From positions 1 to 64,000 of the forward strand of contig JAUCBJ010007234.1 of NCBI GenBank assembly GCA_032718475.1: a DNA stretch of 64,000 nucleotides, in the 5' to 3' direction. Source of the DNA: Nemertoderma westbladi (lineage: Eukaryota; Animalia; Xenacoelomorpha). The notes beneath the pieces were generated by a model that was not told the DNA's origin, did not search any database, and saw only the letters and a program-made list of their open reading frames with translations. The translations under genes and the position numbers were made by a program. Shown in pieces: positions 1 through 12,588 of the stretch (its first letter is position 1; each line of letters starts with the position of its first letter).

Positions 1-758
1 GGTACGGTTACCTTTCTTTTTGAAAACCATTAGATTTAACAATTAATAGAAGTCTAGGTCGCGGCGAAAAATAATAACGCAAATTAAACAACCATACAAT
101 CGGCCTACACACTTTTTTATTATTCGAAATAAATTCGCTAACAGAAAATATCTAAACTAATTTATTTATTTACTAATTAATCTAAACGAGAAGGTGAACA
201 ATTGTTTCTACACAATTAATTATGACGACTTTTATGGGATATGTAATATTTACTGTTCAATAATAATTTACAATCTCCCATTCCAACACATTCCCAGTGA
301 GTAATAATATCATCAATATAACAAACTAAGTGGATTATAATTCGATTTCTTCAGCCAAGTCCGATAGCTATTTTTCTGAAATTTATATTGCTAATTTAAT
401 TATTTGGCATATTCTGTTTGTGGCGCAGACTATAATAATAATAACATTGTTGACATACAGTCTTTGAACCTTTCAGTCTTTCTCAGCAGTACTTTGTGGC
501 TCGTCCCACATAATAAAAACTGAAACTTTGCTATGACAACACACCCGGTTCTTTTAAATTTGCGTGATTTGATTTATGCTCGCACCACTATTTGTAAGAA
601 ATATTAAAACTTATCTTACAGTATGCCAATGTAGTAATGGTATTAAAATATAATTAAATTAATTTACACTATTAATGCTTCAGCTAAAAAATCGTTTCAG
701 CTAAAAAATCGTATGTAATAAAAAAAATAAGAATATTTTTAATATGTGTATATGTAAT

Positions 759-1413
759 ATAGGTATTACTGCTAAGTTAGGCAGTAGGCCAGAGCGGGCT
801 CCTTAAATACATGCAACTACTGTATTATAGTGTAGGTCGACTATAAAACATTTTGCAATCCACAGTGAGTATCGACTGCAATAGGACACAACACACTGCT
901 TTGTGTAACTAAAATTCATTCTCCTGATCCACCCCCTAACATAGCAGAGTGAGTAACCTTATTGTAGATATACCCTTAGGAAGCACTGGGAGAGCAATCA
1001 GCTTATGGGGTAATACATTAGAAACCAACAGCTTATGTGTGAGTAAACATTGCCTTTCCTTATAGCCTACTAGTAAAACTTGGCAACCAACACGTTTTTC
1101 TATGACTGTGTATAACATATTAAGCCATATTTCATCATGAACACCAGCTGTTATTTTACCATTGCTTTTAATTTCGCGACAAAACAATGTCAAAAAACTA
1201 AATATATCCAATACCACACATACTGTAGAATCGATCTGAAATTTTGTAACGCGATTATGAACCTCAAAAGCAATGTACTTGCAAAATTTCATCAAAATCG
1301 CCAGGCAGGAAGTGCCTTAACCTAGATAATTATCAGTCAGTCAGTATGTCAGTCAATGTAATGTATCCTGAAGATTCTTACAGTAAGTATCCCGCTGTCA
1401 AGCGGGCTCCTAA
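759..1413 (-). mobile_element. Helentron-associated (HINE/DINE-1-like) non-autonomous element
   Basis: GCGGGCTCCT occurs at ~794 and ~1402. Hairpin CCCGCT-gtca-AGCGGG at one end and TACTGC...GCAGTA stem-loop at the other. (CAGT)n microsatellite at ~1333-1354. Boundaries approximate. Confidence 0.45.
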
Positions 1414-1880
1414 TAATGAGTTTAGTTTAGTGCCGGTAGTTTACTAGTTAGTTTAATGTGTTGGGTACAGCGGCCCCCAGCCTAATAAGGTTTATAAGAC
1501 AGCACTACACATTAGTTAACAGAAAACAACTTAGTACACAACTTAGAACAATACTAAACACCAGATATACTGCAAGGTAACTGCACCGCAAAATAACAAC
1601 AAATAATGCGTACCACCCGACTTTAAATTTATTAATTACGACCAATTTTCAAATAACGTGGAAATTATTTGCTGTTTTCGGCTGATATAAAATATATCAT
1701 TATAAAATTGTTTTGGTTGATTTTTTTGCTTTCAATTTTATTAGAATATATAATTGAATAATAATTTTTGCTATATATTATATTTACTACATGCACATAT
1801 ATTAATCATATTTACCGTGATATTACTGTATCTCTAATTGATCAGTCTCCATCTTATTCGATTGTAAACATATCTTACAG

Positions 1881-2097
1881 GTTTACAAAGACGACGAATC
1901 TCCAGATGGAACCGCCTCTCCTTTCGGGGTTGTTCAGTGCATCCGTTGTTCTTGCGAACTCGGTAAAACTCTCTGTAAACGTCACAAATGCGAGAAAAAT
2001 AGACCCCAGGAGAAAATCGGTTGTCTGAGGAGGAAGGAGTCCGTCCTTGTCTACACCGGTAATGGTGAACCTGGGCAGAAATCCTTTGTTGCTTCGG
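1881..2097 (+). CDS. CHRDL: Chordin-like protein, internal exon (degenerate VWFC/CR domain)
   Basis: Acceptor cttacag at 1874-1880, donor gttagt at 2098. Translates VYKDDESPDGTASPFGVVQCIRCSCELGKTLCKRHKC..., resembling the chordin-like CR motif PFGxxxCxxCxC. Confidence 0.75.
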
Positions 2098-2309
2098 GTT
2101 AGTATTTTATTTATTAATAATTATATACTGTATATACAGTAATTACTCTCCCGTTATCCCAGTGATTACATACAATAATGGGGAACAACCTGGGGGTGGG
2201 TGGGGGGGGGGGGTGGGGTGGGGTGGGGTGGGGTGGGGTGGGGTGGGGTGGCAATACAACAAATAAGTAGGCCTACAGTATTTGCGGTATAGACCCCCCC
2301 CCCATCACT

Positions 2310-2465
2310 ATACTCCCCTGGTACTCATTTAGCTACCTTTAATGAGGCAAGGCAATGCGGCAGGGTTAGCCACTTTAAATCATTCAGGCAGAGAAGTAAA
2401 CCTTCCTGGCTGGAATTGAACATACGACATCCAGTAAGCTCTGAATTAAAGTCTACCGACTAACT
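2310..2465 (-). mobile_element. Degenerate tRNA-derived SINE in a CHRDL intron
   Basis: Minus-strand B-box-like GTTCAATTCC at ~2412-2421 plus the common SINE core motif CCTGGTACTCATTT at ~2317. Confidence 0.4.
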
Positions 2466-2602
2466 TTTTATACATTTTTGCTAAGTCCCTTGGCATGGCA
2501 GTGCAAAAAATCCTTAATAAACGTACCAAGTACAATGGTAGTACTGTTAATTTATTTTAATGTTAATTAATTAAGTTAATATTTTTGTTGTTTAATTTGT
2601 AG

Positions 2603-2782
2603 GAATAAAACGAGTTGTATTTGCGTTGGAGAATATTTCCAGCCGCTCCGTTGAGATACATTCGTGGGTGGTTGAGGATAATTCTGTGTTGGAATTCCAC
2701 ATAAACAGAGTTACAGCGGATGAGTTCCATTCGGATTCTAATGGAAAAATCCGATTCCAGCTGATCGGAGCTACTAAAGAAT
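2603..2782 (+). CDS. CHRDL: Chordin-like protein, penultimate coding exon (CHRDL C-terminal domain)
   Basis: Acceptor tttgtag, donor gtaagt, phase 1-1. GIKRVVFALENISSRSVEIHSWVVEDNSVLEFHINRV...FQLIGATKE resembles the vertebrate CHRDL1 tail (RKIALE..VEVHVW..HFHIEKIS..FKLV). Confidence 0.75.
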
Positions 2783-2992
2783 GTAAGTGTTAACAAGTTC
2801 ATAGTTGTCATTGATTAGCTTATTATTATCAGTACTACCTGTCTTTGTTTTTTAGACTATTTTTAGATCTTTACCGACAATTAGGCCTACATACTGTAGC
2901 CTTCTTAGTAACAAACAATTACCGGATACTTGGTAATATTTCTCTACAACTCTACAACATTAATAATTTCAATAATTTCTTTATTTCCCCAG

Positions 2993-3144
2993 CTTTCCTA
3001 AAAAAATTACAGAAAAAGGAGAGAAAATTATACAAAAGGTGCCAAAGTCGTTGTCAACAGAAGGCGGAGAAATTGGTGCAAAGTATGAAACCCAAGTCGC
3101 TTAGCAACAGACGTGAATGTGCTACCAATATGAACTCAATATAA
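2993..3144 (+). CDS. CHRDL: Chordin-like protein, terminal coding exon
   Basis: Acceptor ttccccag, phase compatible with the previous exon. SFLKKLQKKERKLYKRCQSRCQQKAEKLV...EC ends at TAA 3142-3144; Cys spacing resembles the CHRDL1 C-terminus. Confidence 0.75.
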
Positions 3145-3479
3145 CAAGTTCCCTTGATAATTAAACCAAGTCCTAAAACTGAAATATAATTATTGTACGT
3201 TATATTTGAGCTACAAGATAAATGAACTCTTACAGACATTTACTCTAGTATGTTGTTGCCTATTATATTGTATTATTGTATATTGTATAGGACTACAGTA
3301 ATTAATTTTTCACATAATATTTGGCATAATGTTTGAACAGGAATATTGCAGTATTAAAATTTATAAATAAAAAAACAACAATTGTGAATTCTTTCTTGTA
3401 CAGTTGTTTTACCATTTAAAAATTGAAACGATTGGTGAATGTGTGAAATACAAAACACCTGAGGCAACCCGAAGTTTGC

Positions 3480-3762
3480 TCTCTCTTGGCTGTTACCTGT
3501 AAGTCTGAGAGGGCGCCACACTAACTCCCACTGTTGAGCTCTCCATAACTACTGTATCTAAACCTTTCTTTACTTCCAAAAAAAAAGCCAGGTTTCCAGT
3601 GTACCGTTTCGTTTGCGTATAAGCACTAATGTCTAAAGTGTTATTGCTTAAGGACACACAACAGTGCGAAATTTATAGCCTTTAGTCGCATTTGAACCTG
3701 CGCCGTCAAAAAACTATTGTTAAAACAGTTTGGACGTTGTCTCCACTCAGACACTGCCGGCA
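3480..3762 (-). mobile_element. tRNA-derived SINE
   Basis: The minus strand reads A-box-like GTGTCTGAGTGG, B-box GGTTCAAATGC, then GTGTGTCCTTAAGCAATAACACTT, similar to the conserved metazoan SINE core gtgtccttgggcaagacactt. Confidence 0.5.
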
Positions 3763-4140
3763 GTGACATTTACTATACGTTATGATGTAGATTTGTAAAT
3801 TGATCTGTAGCCTAATATCATGGTTGTTCTTACAATACCAATACCGGTATTATAGTTGTATACACTTCTGCACTTGCAGACTTGGTCTACAACACGTTAT
3901 ACATAGAATCTACTGTAGAAATTGGACACCTGCGAGTTCAGATGGTAACATAACACCGAACCAACGGAAATACTTTTTATTCTTTAATATTGACTAATTG
4001 AAGTTCAATACCTGTTAATTAATTAAAATTCAATACAGGTTTAACGAATGGAATGGTCATCGGGTTGCCATGGAAATTGTGCGGTCGGGGTTGCCAGGAG
4101 TTGCATCGTGATTAAGATAATACCAAATGAAAATCATAAT

Positions 4141-5989
4141 GTGGTAGACGACTCGGAAATTTTTTTTCGAGTTTTCGTTGGTTTCATGTGAAAGAGCATG
4201 TGAAAAAACCCAGAGAGCAATTTTACTTCAAAAAAATTAATATTTGCCGAGTTATAGCAATTTTAAAACGCAAAATTAGCAACATCGAAAAATCAGGCCG
4301 TTTCAGAAAACTGCACGAGTGACGTCAGCCATAACACAGCAACAGTTGTCAAGCGCAGATGATTGGCTAATATAAAGTATAATATTGCAGTATCTAAAAT
4401 AAAACAAATAATAAATGTAGCTAAGTATTTATTTGGATGTGTATTTATGTTGTGTTAAGAATCGATTATAGGATAGCGGTATGGAGGCAAATTATTCATA
4501 TCAAGTTAATTATTCTAGAATAATATTTATTTCGCCCATACCTGTACCGTAGAGCTGTAGCTAAAAATAAATATAGCTAAGCTAAATACTGCCAGGCGAA
4601 TCTATTTTTTTTATTGTTTTTACAGCGAACAATGCGGGATGGGTAGATTAGCACTACAGTAGATGGAAATTATTTAGATTTTTTGTCAGTTCACTGTAAA
4701 GTGTTACTGGAGGTACTAGTGTTGCACGTGTCCCCATTATTCTGCCTTTCATAATAGCTGTTTTTTGGTTTGACATCCAAAAATATCAAAATACCAAAAA
4801 ATACCAAAACATAATGTTTTGGGCTATAGGTTTATGTTCTTGACATATTTTGGCTAGTTACATGTGAAAAAAAAATGTTTTAAAGAAAATGAAAACAAAT
4901 GTTTGTGGTAGCTAGTGTTTTCAATGGTATGTACTGTTTTAATATTGTAGCTAGTGTTTTTATAAAATACCACAAAATCTTATTTTTTGATGCCATTTCA
5001 GATGCCATTACACCAACGCATGTGGTAGAAGTAAAATGTCCAACATCAAAACATGCCATTCAAAAATCTTATCTTACACAATCGAATATCGTAAGCGCTA
5101 AATTCATGTAACAAATCCAACTTCAAATGCTTCTTTGCAATAAACAATGGGCCTTGTTTAGCGTCGCAGATCCATCTTTTGAAATAAATGGCGAAGTGAA
5201 AATAGTTGAAGTATCATATGATTCCATATACATGCAAAGTTTACTGAAAAGTAGTAGTAGCTTCTACAAGAAATATATATTTCCCAAAATTGTGAAAAAA
5301 TAGATAATTAAAAAATGTAAATTTTACAGTAGTTATAGTTCAACTAAATTCTGATTAATGCTGATTGTATTGAGATGGCAGTTGAAGATACTACGTCATC
5401 CATTACAGTTACATGGACTAACTATCAATGCTTTTTGGAATTCAATAATTTAACTTGTATAAAAATAATTACAATCGAAAAAGTGCGAATCCACAATCCG
5501 TATCCGAATCCGTAATCTAAGTTTTGAAGCTGAATAAAACATCAATAAGCTACTGGATTTCTACCACCTGGCAGTTTTAGCTACAAAATATGTTTTATTT
5601 TTATAGCTAACAACTGTATAGTTTGGGAAAAATAATTATTATTCTGGAATAATTAACTTGTCATGAATCAATTTCCACATTAAGATATCAAATAATGTAT
5701 TCTTAACACAACACATAAACACACCAAATAAATATTAGCTACACAATTTATTTTAGTTACTAAGAGATTTATATTGTATGAACATTTACTGCTGCACTAG
5801 TGACGTCACTAGTGCAGTTTTCTGAAACGGCCTGATTTTTTGATGTTGCTAATTTTGCGTTTTAAAATCGCTATAACTCGGCCAATATTAATTTTTTTTA
5901 AGTAGAATTGCTCTCTGGGGTTTTTTCACATGCTCTTTCACATGAAACCAACGAAAACTCGAAAAAAAATTTCCAGAGTCGTCTACCCC
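4141..5989 (+). mobile_element. Non-autonomous TIR DNA transposon, probably ISL2EU/Harbinger-related
   Basis: ~190-bp near-perfect TIRs (GTGGTAGACGACTC... / ...GAGTCGTCTACCCC) with degenerate extension inward. Flanked by AT/AT. Internal YqaJ-like nuclease remnant. Confidence 0.75.
4999..5303 (+). pseudogene. YqaJ/lambda-exonuclease-like PD-(D/E)xK fragment
   Basis: DAITPTHVVEVKCP...KFM*QIQLQMLLCNKQWALF...YIFPKIVKK: EvKCP and QxQxQM motifs with one in-frame stop at 5109-5111. Confidence 0.7.
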
Positions 5990-6921
5990 ATTAGGGTAAG
6001 TGTTCGGTGTCTTGTGTGGCAGTAAAAAATTAATGTCCCAGTTGCTTTTGGCATTTGTTACGAGACCCATAACCAACTGATCAGATTTAGAATTACATCA
6101 TGTTTAAGGATGGATGTGCATACTTTACCCCCCCCCCCCCCCCCGCCCCCCCAATTAGCGGAAAAGCAACACTATTTTTAAATGAATAGACTACAATAAC
6201 GAGATACTCCCACTGACAGACTTTTTCCAAGTAAATAATAAATAACACGCACCTGTTGCGCATAAATAATTAAAAGATTTAGTCAAAATTTATACATATT
6301 AACAAGTCCATGACTGCTTTTTTCCTGCAAATATGCATAATAAACACCTGTTCTATTAAATAATTAGTAATAAAATAAATAATGAATGGTAACCTCTGTT
6401 CATTATATTATTGCTTTGAAGCAATATTTGAAATAACCATAAAGTTTTTTGGTTGTTTATTTGGTTAGTGGGAAATACATTAGGAAAACAGTGAAAAACA
6501 GATTGGAAGAAGCAATTTTGAATCAATCAATCATTCATTCCTCCCCAGAGGAAAATCGACGCAAATAACAGTTGATTACTTCCAAAAATAAAACTATAAA
6601 CTACGGAGCACGGGAGGGGACATAAAAAAAACACGAACCCTCGTGTTAACTTACACGAGGGCCCGTGATAGAAACAACGAATCGGGTTGGCGAATACAGG
6701 GAACAAGTAATATGTAGGCCTATTTGCGGGAAATTCAAATTTGTGTTATTTTAGATTGCCTGTTCTAGTTCTATACGCGAAATAAACAATACCCTAGGCC
6801 TATACTGAACAGAAAATTAAGAACCACTGAGATACAACTTTAATTTCCCTCCAATTTAGTTTTCTATGTTACAGTACAACTAATCAAACAACTCCAAATT
6901 GTGTATTATTAACGTAAATGG

Positions 6922-7527
6922 TCGTGTTAGAGCTATCACGAGGGATCGTGTTAGAGCTATCACGAGGGATCGTGTTAGAGCTATCACGAAGGCTCGTGTT
7001 AGAGCTATCACGAGGGATCGTGTTAGAGCTATCACGAGGGATCGTGTTAGAGCTATCACGAAGGCTCGTGTTAGAGCTATCACAGGGATCGTGTTAGAGC
7101 TATCACGAGGGATCGTGTTAGAGCTATCACGAGGGATCGTGTTAGAGCTATCACGAGGGATCGTGTTAGAGCTATCACGAGGGATCGTGTTAGAGCTATC
7201 ACGAGGGATCGTGTTAGAGCTATCACGAGGGATCGTGTTAGAGCTATCACGAGGGATCGTGTTAGTTAACACGAGGGCTCGTGTTAGTTAACACGAGGGC
7301 ACGTGTTAGTTAACACAAGGGCTCGTGTTAGTTAACACAAGGGCTCGTGTTAGTTAACACGAGAGCTCGTGTTAGTTAACACAAGGGCCTGTGTTAGTTA
7401 ACACAAGGGCTCGTGTTAGTTAACACAAGGGCTCGTGTTAGTTAACACGAGGGCTCGTGTTAGTTAACACGTGGCTCGTGTTATTTAATACGTGGCTCAT
7501 GTTATTTAACACGAGCGCTCGTGTTAG
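6922..7527. repeat. Two adjoining tandem arrays of quasi-palindromic units (24 bp then 22 bp)
   Basis: About 14 copies of CGTGTTAGAGCTATCACGAGGGAT, then about 12 copies of CGTGTTAGTTAACACGAGGGCT. Confidence 0.95.
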
Positions 7528-8037
7528 AAAAATAGATATATCTACATCTAATATCTACTATATAATTGTCTTTAGTTTATTGTTTTTGGTAGAATAACGT
7601 GCAACTGTAGGCCTACAGTAACCTGCTCCCATTCCCTAATTTATTAATTGAACATTGAGACGATGTATGCGATTAAGACGGTAAATAGGCCTATATTGTT
7701 GACTTTTTATTGTCTTATTACACTATAGGCCTAGTGTGATAGATAAAGGTCCAATTCGCACGGACTAAAATTTTTTTCGATTTGGTAATGATACAGAATG
7801 AAATGAAAAAAAAAGTACTGAAACTTTGTCAAAGCTGCTGATTATTACTTCCAATGTTATACCGTTATTTTCCTATGTTTTACTGTTTTACTAATGATTT
7901 CACTTTTTTCCTAATGATTTACTGGTGTACATTACAGTAGTTGAGTTTTCATTCGTTTTATTTTGTGACGGTTTATACAGTATTCATCGTTATAACTCGG
8001 AATAATACGATTTTATAATTTCCATCATCGTTAGAAA

Positions 8038-8660
8038 ATGTCTAACATTAACAATGATTCGTCAAAGACGCGAAACGGGTTGCGTTTATTAAAGTTTGAT
8101 CACGTTCGTTTATGGGTCGGAAACGCGATGCAGGCTGCGGCTTTCTATTGTCTTAGATTCGGATTCAAACCCTACGCGTACAAAGGAATGTATACCGGAT
8201 GTAAACACACAGCAGCCCACGCTGTCAGACATGGAGACATTATATTTGTTCTGGAATCCGTGATACGACCGGGAAGTTCTGAGATTACGGAATTCTTGAA
8301 GGAACACGGGGATGGAGTGAAAGACGTCGCATTTACTGTGGATAATGTCGATCTTGTTCTGGAAAAAGCAGAGTCTCGGGGAGCGAAGGTTGACGGTCCT
8401 TGGGAAGAGAAGGATGGCGATGGAGTTGTTAGGTTCGGGAGAGTGCAGACGTTCGGGAATGTGGTGCACACCTTGGTACAGAGGGGAGACTACAAGGGTT
8501 TGTTCCTGCCGGGTTTCAGGGCCCCCGTTTGGGGGGATGCGTTGTCTAGCTCTCTGCCCGATGTCGGTTTGCTGAGAATCGATCACGTTGTAGGCGGTCA
8601 GGGATTGGAAGGCATGATAGAAACCTGCGATTGGTACATGAACAAATTGTTGTTTCACAG
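8038..8660 (+). CDS. HPD: 4-hydroxyphenylpyruvate dioxygenase family, exon 1
   Basis: FDHVRLWVGNAMQAA, HGDGVKDVAF, TFGNVVHTLV, IDHVVG (Fe ligand His). Donor AG|gtaaca at 8661. Confidence 0.93.
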
Positions 8661-10463
8661 GTAACATAGTTTTCACATTTGTAAATGATATACAGGGTGT
8701 CCCCCAAAATTTGACACGGTTTCGTTTTCAAATAACTCCGCCGCACCTTAATAAAATTCGGGATTATTGGTATCATTAGAAAGCAAGAGTGTTAACTTAA
8801 AGAATGAAACTTGTTGGAAACAATTGTGTTGCTATGGTAACCCCCAGCGACAGTGCATAATGAAACAAAGGTTTTTGGAAGGTGCGTTAATAATTAATTT
8901 TAAGAGTAAAAATTTTAACATGTTAAAGCCTTTAAAAATTTGTAGTTTGTTAAGGAATTACACTAACTTAAGATTGCCTGGGTCTAGGTTGATTTCGTTG
9001 CAATGGAAACCTCTTGCTATTAGTGTCTCCAAATATTTTCATTTTCAAGTTTTTTTTTAATTCCCTATGGTATGTATGTATCATTGCCTTTGAAGAATAT
9101 TTTGGAAAATTGCTACATTGTTTTGAGATTTTGGTATCATTAGAAAGACATTTTTGAATAGTAAACTAGTCATACTATATTTGATTTGATTTAGCTGGAC
9201 TATACACAAGTTATACCACATAACAACTAAGTCTCACAAAATTTGTGTCCCAGAAAATTAGATCCGTTTTCGTTTTCAAATAACTCCGCTGCACCGTAAT
9301 AAAATAGAGTTGAGGTAGCACCCAAAGAATTGCAAAACGGTCAGAAGTAAACGGAAATTTAAACCATATAAAATTCAAACTATCCATGGTCTAAAACCTT
9401 CTGATTACCCCACAAGAGTTGTCGCCGCTCGAGAATCTCTCAGACTTTGCAGAACAATGACTTAGAAGGAGTCTTCTTCAGATACGAATACACATTCCAC
9501 CTGAATGGCCAGGTTAATCGATGGAACTGGATGCAATCGAAATGAAAACCCCCATAAAATAGTGGAGCATTTTAGAGACTCTCCTATGGTAACAGTGTGT
9601 GCTGCAATGTATTCCGCATACTGGCTAAGGTTCAGAATGGCGTCGGAAGACAAATTGAGGTTTACAGCTAAATCAAATACAGTATGACTAGTTTACAAAT
9701 TAAAATTGTCTTTCTAATGATACCAAAACCTCAAAACAATGTTGAAATTTTCCAAAACATTCTTCAAAGGCAATAATTACAAATGTGGGGCGAGCCACGA
9801 AGTGAGTGAGCCTTAGCGTAGTGGTACCATTAATCAACCTGTCGTTCTGTCGTTCTGTCGTTCTGTCGTTCTGTCGTTCTGTCGCGTTTTTTTTCAGTAT
9901 TTGATTTTAAACGTTAATAACTCGGCCAATCCTTGATGAAATCTATCCAAACTTGGTACACATGTTGTTTGGCAAAAGTTTGAAAATTTTCCAAGTAGAA
10001 TTTGCGTGGGGCCTTCGTGCAGCATCAGTGTAACTGTTATTGCAGTTATAATAAATTTATTTATCCAAATTTAAAATGCGTTAAATTATTATTACTGTAG
10101 GATAAATCAGCTGTGTTTCTAACAAATTTTGCAATTCTGCATGTACCATGTGTACCGGTACTGTCAGGCTGTACTCAATCCCTGAATCGAGAATCTTGCA
10201 ATCATTCAATACTGCAATACTGGTCAACCGGTACCATACACTGCAGACATGCCATATCATGCAACCCTTGCGGTGATTATAGTTTAGGCCTAATTCAGTA
10301 ATTAGCCCAGTAGGCCTACCGGCTGACCGGCTGACCGGCACCGGTAATAATAATACTGTAACATAGGCCTAATAGTTTAGATAGTTACCGCTAATCATTC
10401 AGTCATTGGCACGGTACACCGTATTGCTGCACTGCCGTTGTAGTGCGCACCGTAGGTACCACC

Positions 10464-12308
10464 GATGGCCTACTACTACTTTGCTGTGAAATTAGCGTAG
10501 GCTGACTGTGCTGATTATGGTACTGTCAGACTGTGGTACCTAAGCTATATACTGTTAGGTATATTGCTGTATTGGGGTGGGGTTAGGAATAATCCATTTG
10601 TTTTAGCATTGAACTGTTGAATCCCCTTATTTATTATAAAACCATTGGAAATATTCGCAAATGCCGCTCCATTACTGTCTGAAACGCTCCCGACAATCCG
10701 ATGCTGCGATGTATCTGGACCCGAGCAGCCGAGTTGCTTCAAGAGGTGATTAACGGGGGAATACTACGGAATTGCTTGTTTGTCAGTACGATTCTATTTG
10801 GGTATTTACTACACTCAGACACTGGGAATACGGCGGTCGGTCAGATCGTAATGCGGGCCACTGCCAAGTTCCTCATGCCTCACTCCGGTCACCCACCTTG
10901 GAGTGCGGTGGGAAGAGTCCCACTTACTGACTTACGTCGACGACTGGACGAATCGACGAGGATTGCGATCTGGGTTTAGCGGCGGCCCGGATCCTGGGAT
11001 CGCTGGGGGAAATGGTTGAACGTTGGGCAGACGTTATCGCACTGGATTACGTTCTCTGTTCTCTGAAGTGTGAAGCGAATTCGTTGTCGAATTGGGTCGG
11101 AAGCTGCGGGAATTCTACTGTTCTACGGGAGTAAACCGCAGCGGTCCGGTTACTACGGACGGATACTACTGGGATAAGCATGTATTTCGATCGAGTTTCT
11201 CGTATTCTCGATGCTCGAGGCGGATAGAGAGTTGGTTGTGTTGGGCGGTGTTGTTCAATTCTATCAAACATATTAAATAATTGGTAAAATAATAAAAACA
11301 CACCAGATAAAGATACTGAGCTTATGGTAAAGAGATAGGCCGAACTTACAATTTCCAAATAGATTGTTCATATAATAAATATATTTTTGGTATTTGATTT
11401 CAAGATAGCTGCTATTTAGGGGGCTATAGGGCTGGACGCAATAAAAAATCATCCCTCTCCAGGGGAAATTGGACGCAAATAACAACAGCTGATTTCTCTC
11501 AAAAATAAAACTGTAACCTGTTCTATTGTGTTTACTTTATTGTTTTGGTTAAAATAACGTGCAACTGTAACCTGCTCCTTTCCCAAAATTGAGAAATTAA
11601 TATTGAAGCGGGATATTAATTCGCCAAGATGGGATTTGCGTCCAGTCCCACCCCCTCCTGTCTCTTGATTTCAATAAAAAATAGAATACATTGCATTTTA
11701 CTGTTATAATTACTGTATTGAATAAAATAATTAATTGATTGTTTATTTAACCGTGCTAAGCACGTTGAACTGGAGCTCTAATAATTCCCCACTAGCGGCA
11801 GACAGGAACTGTAAAAGTCTCTGTAGAATTTCTAATTAAGCAATGCTCTTAGGTAACTACTACTAAATTTCAGATGAATCTGATCGTTGGTTCTATAATT
11901 ACAGCTATTTTTACGTTTCTGTTAATTCGCCCCCTAGCAGCAGACCGGGGAACTGTAGAAGTCTGTCTGTGTGTAGAATTTCTAAATTTTTTATAGACTA
12001 CAAGTGTACCAAGTTTGGTTCCATTTCGATTTCATCCATGATTGACCGACTTATTAGCGTTCAAACATTCCTGCCACAAACATAGCCAGAGGCAGCCACA
12101 AACGAATAAAAGCTGCAGGAACTCGAGCGATAATTAGTTTATTAATTATTAAATACTGTTTCAATTAAATTCTTTACGAAAATCTAGTCATCTTCTTTTA
12201 AATATGGACCCTGCATTCATGGAATATATAATATTTGATAATTCATCAGTCAGCCTACGCTAATTTCACAGCAAAGTCCTTTTCATGGCCTGTGTGTAGT
12301 AGGCCATG
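10464..12308. mobile_element. hAT-like non-autonomous element
   Basis: TIR (G/C)ATGGCCTACTAC and a sub-terminal inverted repeat CTTTGCTGTGAAATTAGCGTAGGCTGACTG. 8-bp TSD GTACCACC (10456-63, 12309-16). The empty site is visible in copies 2 and 3 of family X. Confidence 0.8.
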
Positions 12309-12588
12309 GTACCACCCTACTACCGGCTGACCGCGTGACCGGTGGCAACTAGCACTTCAGCACTTGCACAGCAACAGCACTACCGGCGATACACAGGTTG
12401 AAATTTATGTAGAGTTTGCTCAACAGTACAGATATAAAATAGTTATCTAAATTATATATATTACTATTGACAAGTATTGAAATATATACCGTTATTCGTG
12501 TTATCAGTATTTGCAACATCTGACATTGAAGAGGTGAGAGAAGAAGAATACCGGCACTAAACATAACCAACGCTTATCACAGGTCGGC

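Noticed and set aside
2192-2251. (GGGGT)n / poly-G tract, and other poly-G/C runs
   Set aside because: Simple repeats. G-quadruplex potential is generic and there is no evidence of function.
6922-7527. Palindromic repeat array resembling CRISPR, and the 130-aa ORFs on both strands
   Set aside because: Units are head-to-tail with no unique spacers, there are no cas genes and the context is eukaryotic. The ORFs are repeat translations.
8110-8676. 188-aa antisense ORF and other ORFs overlapping HPD, NmrA, RTE and BEL gag
   Set aside because: Shadow frames of real coding sequence with no recognisable motifs.
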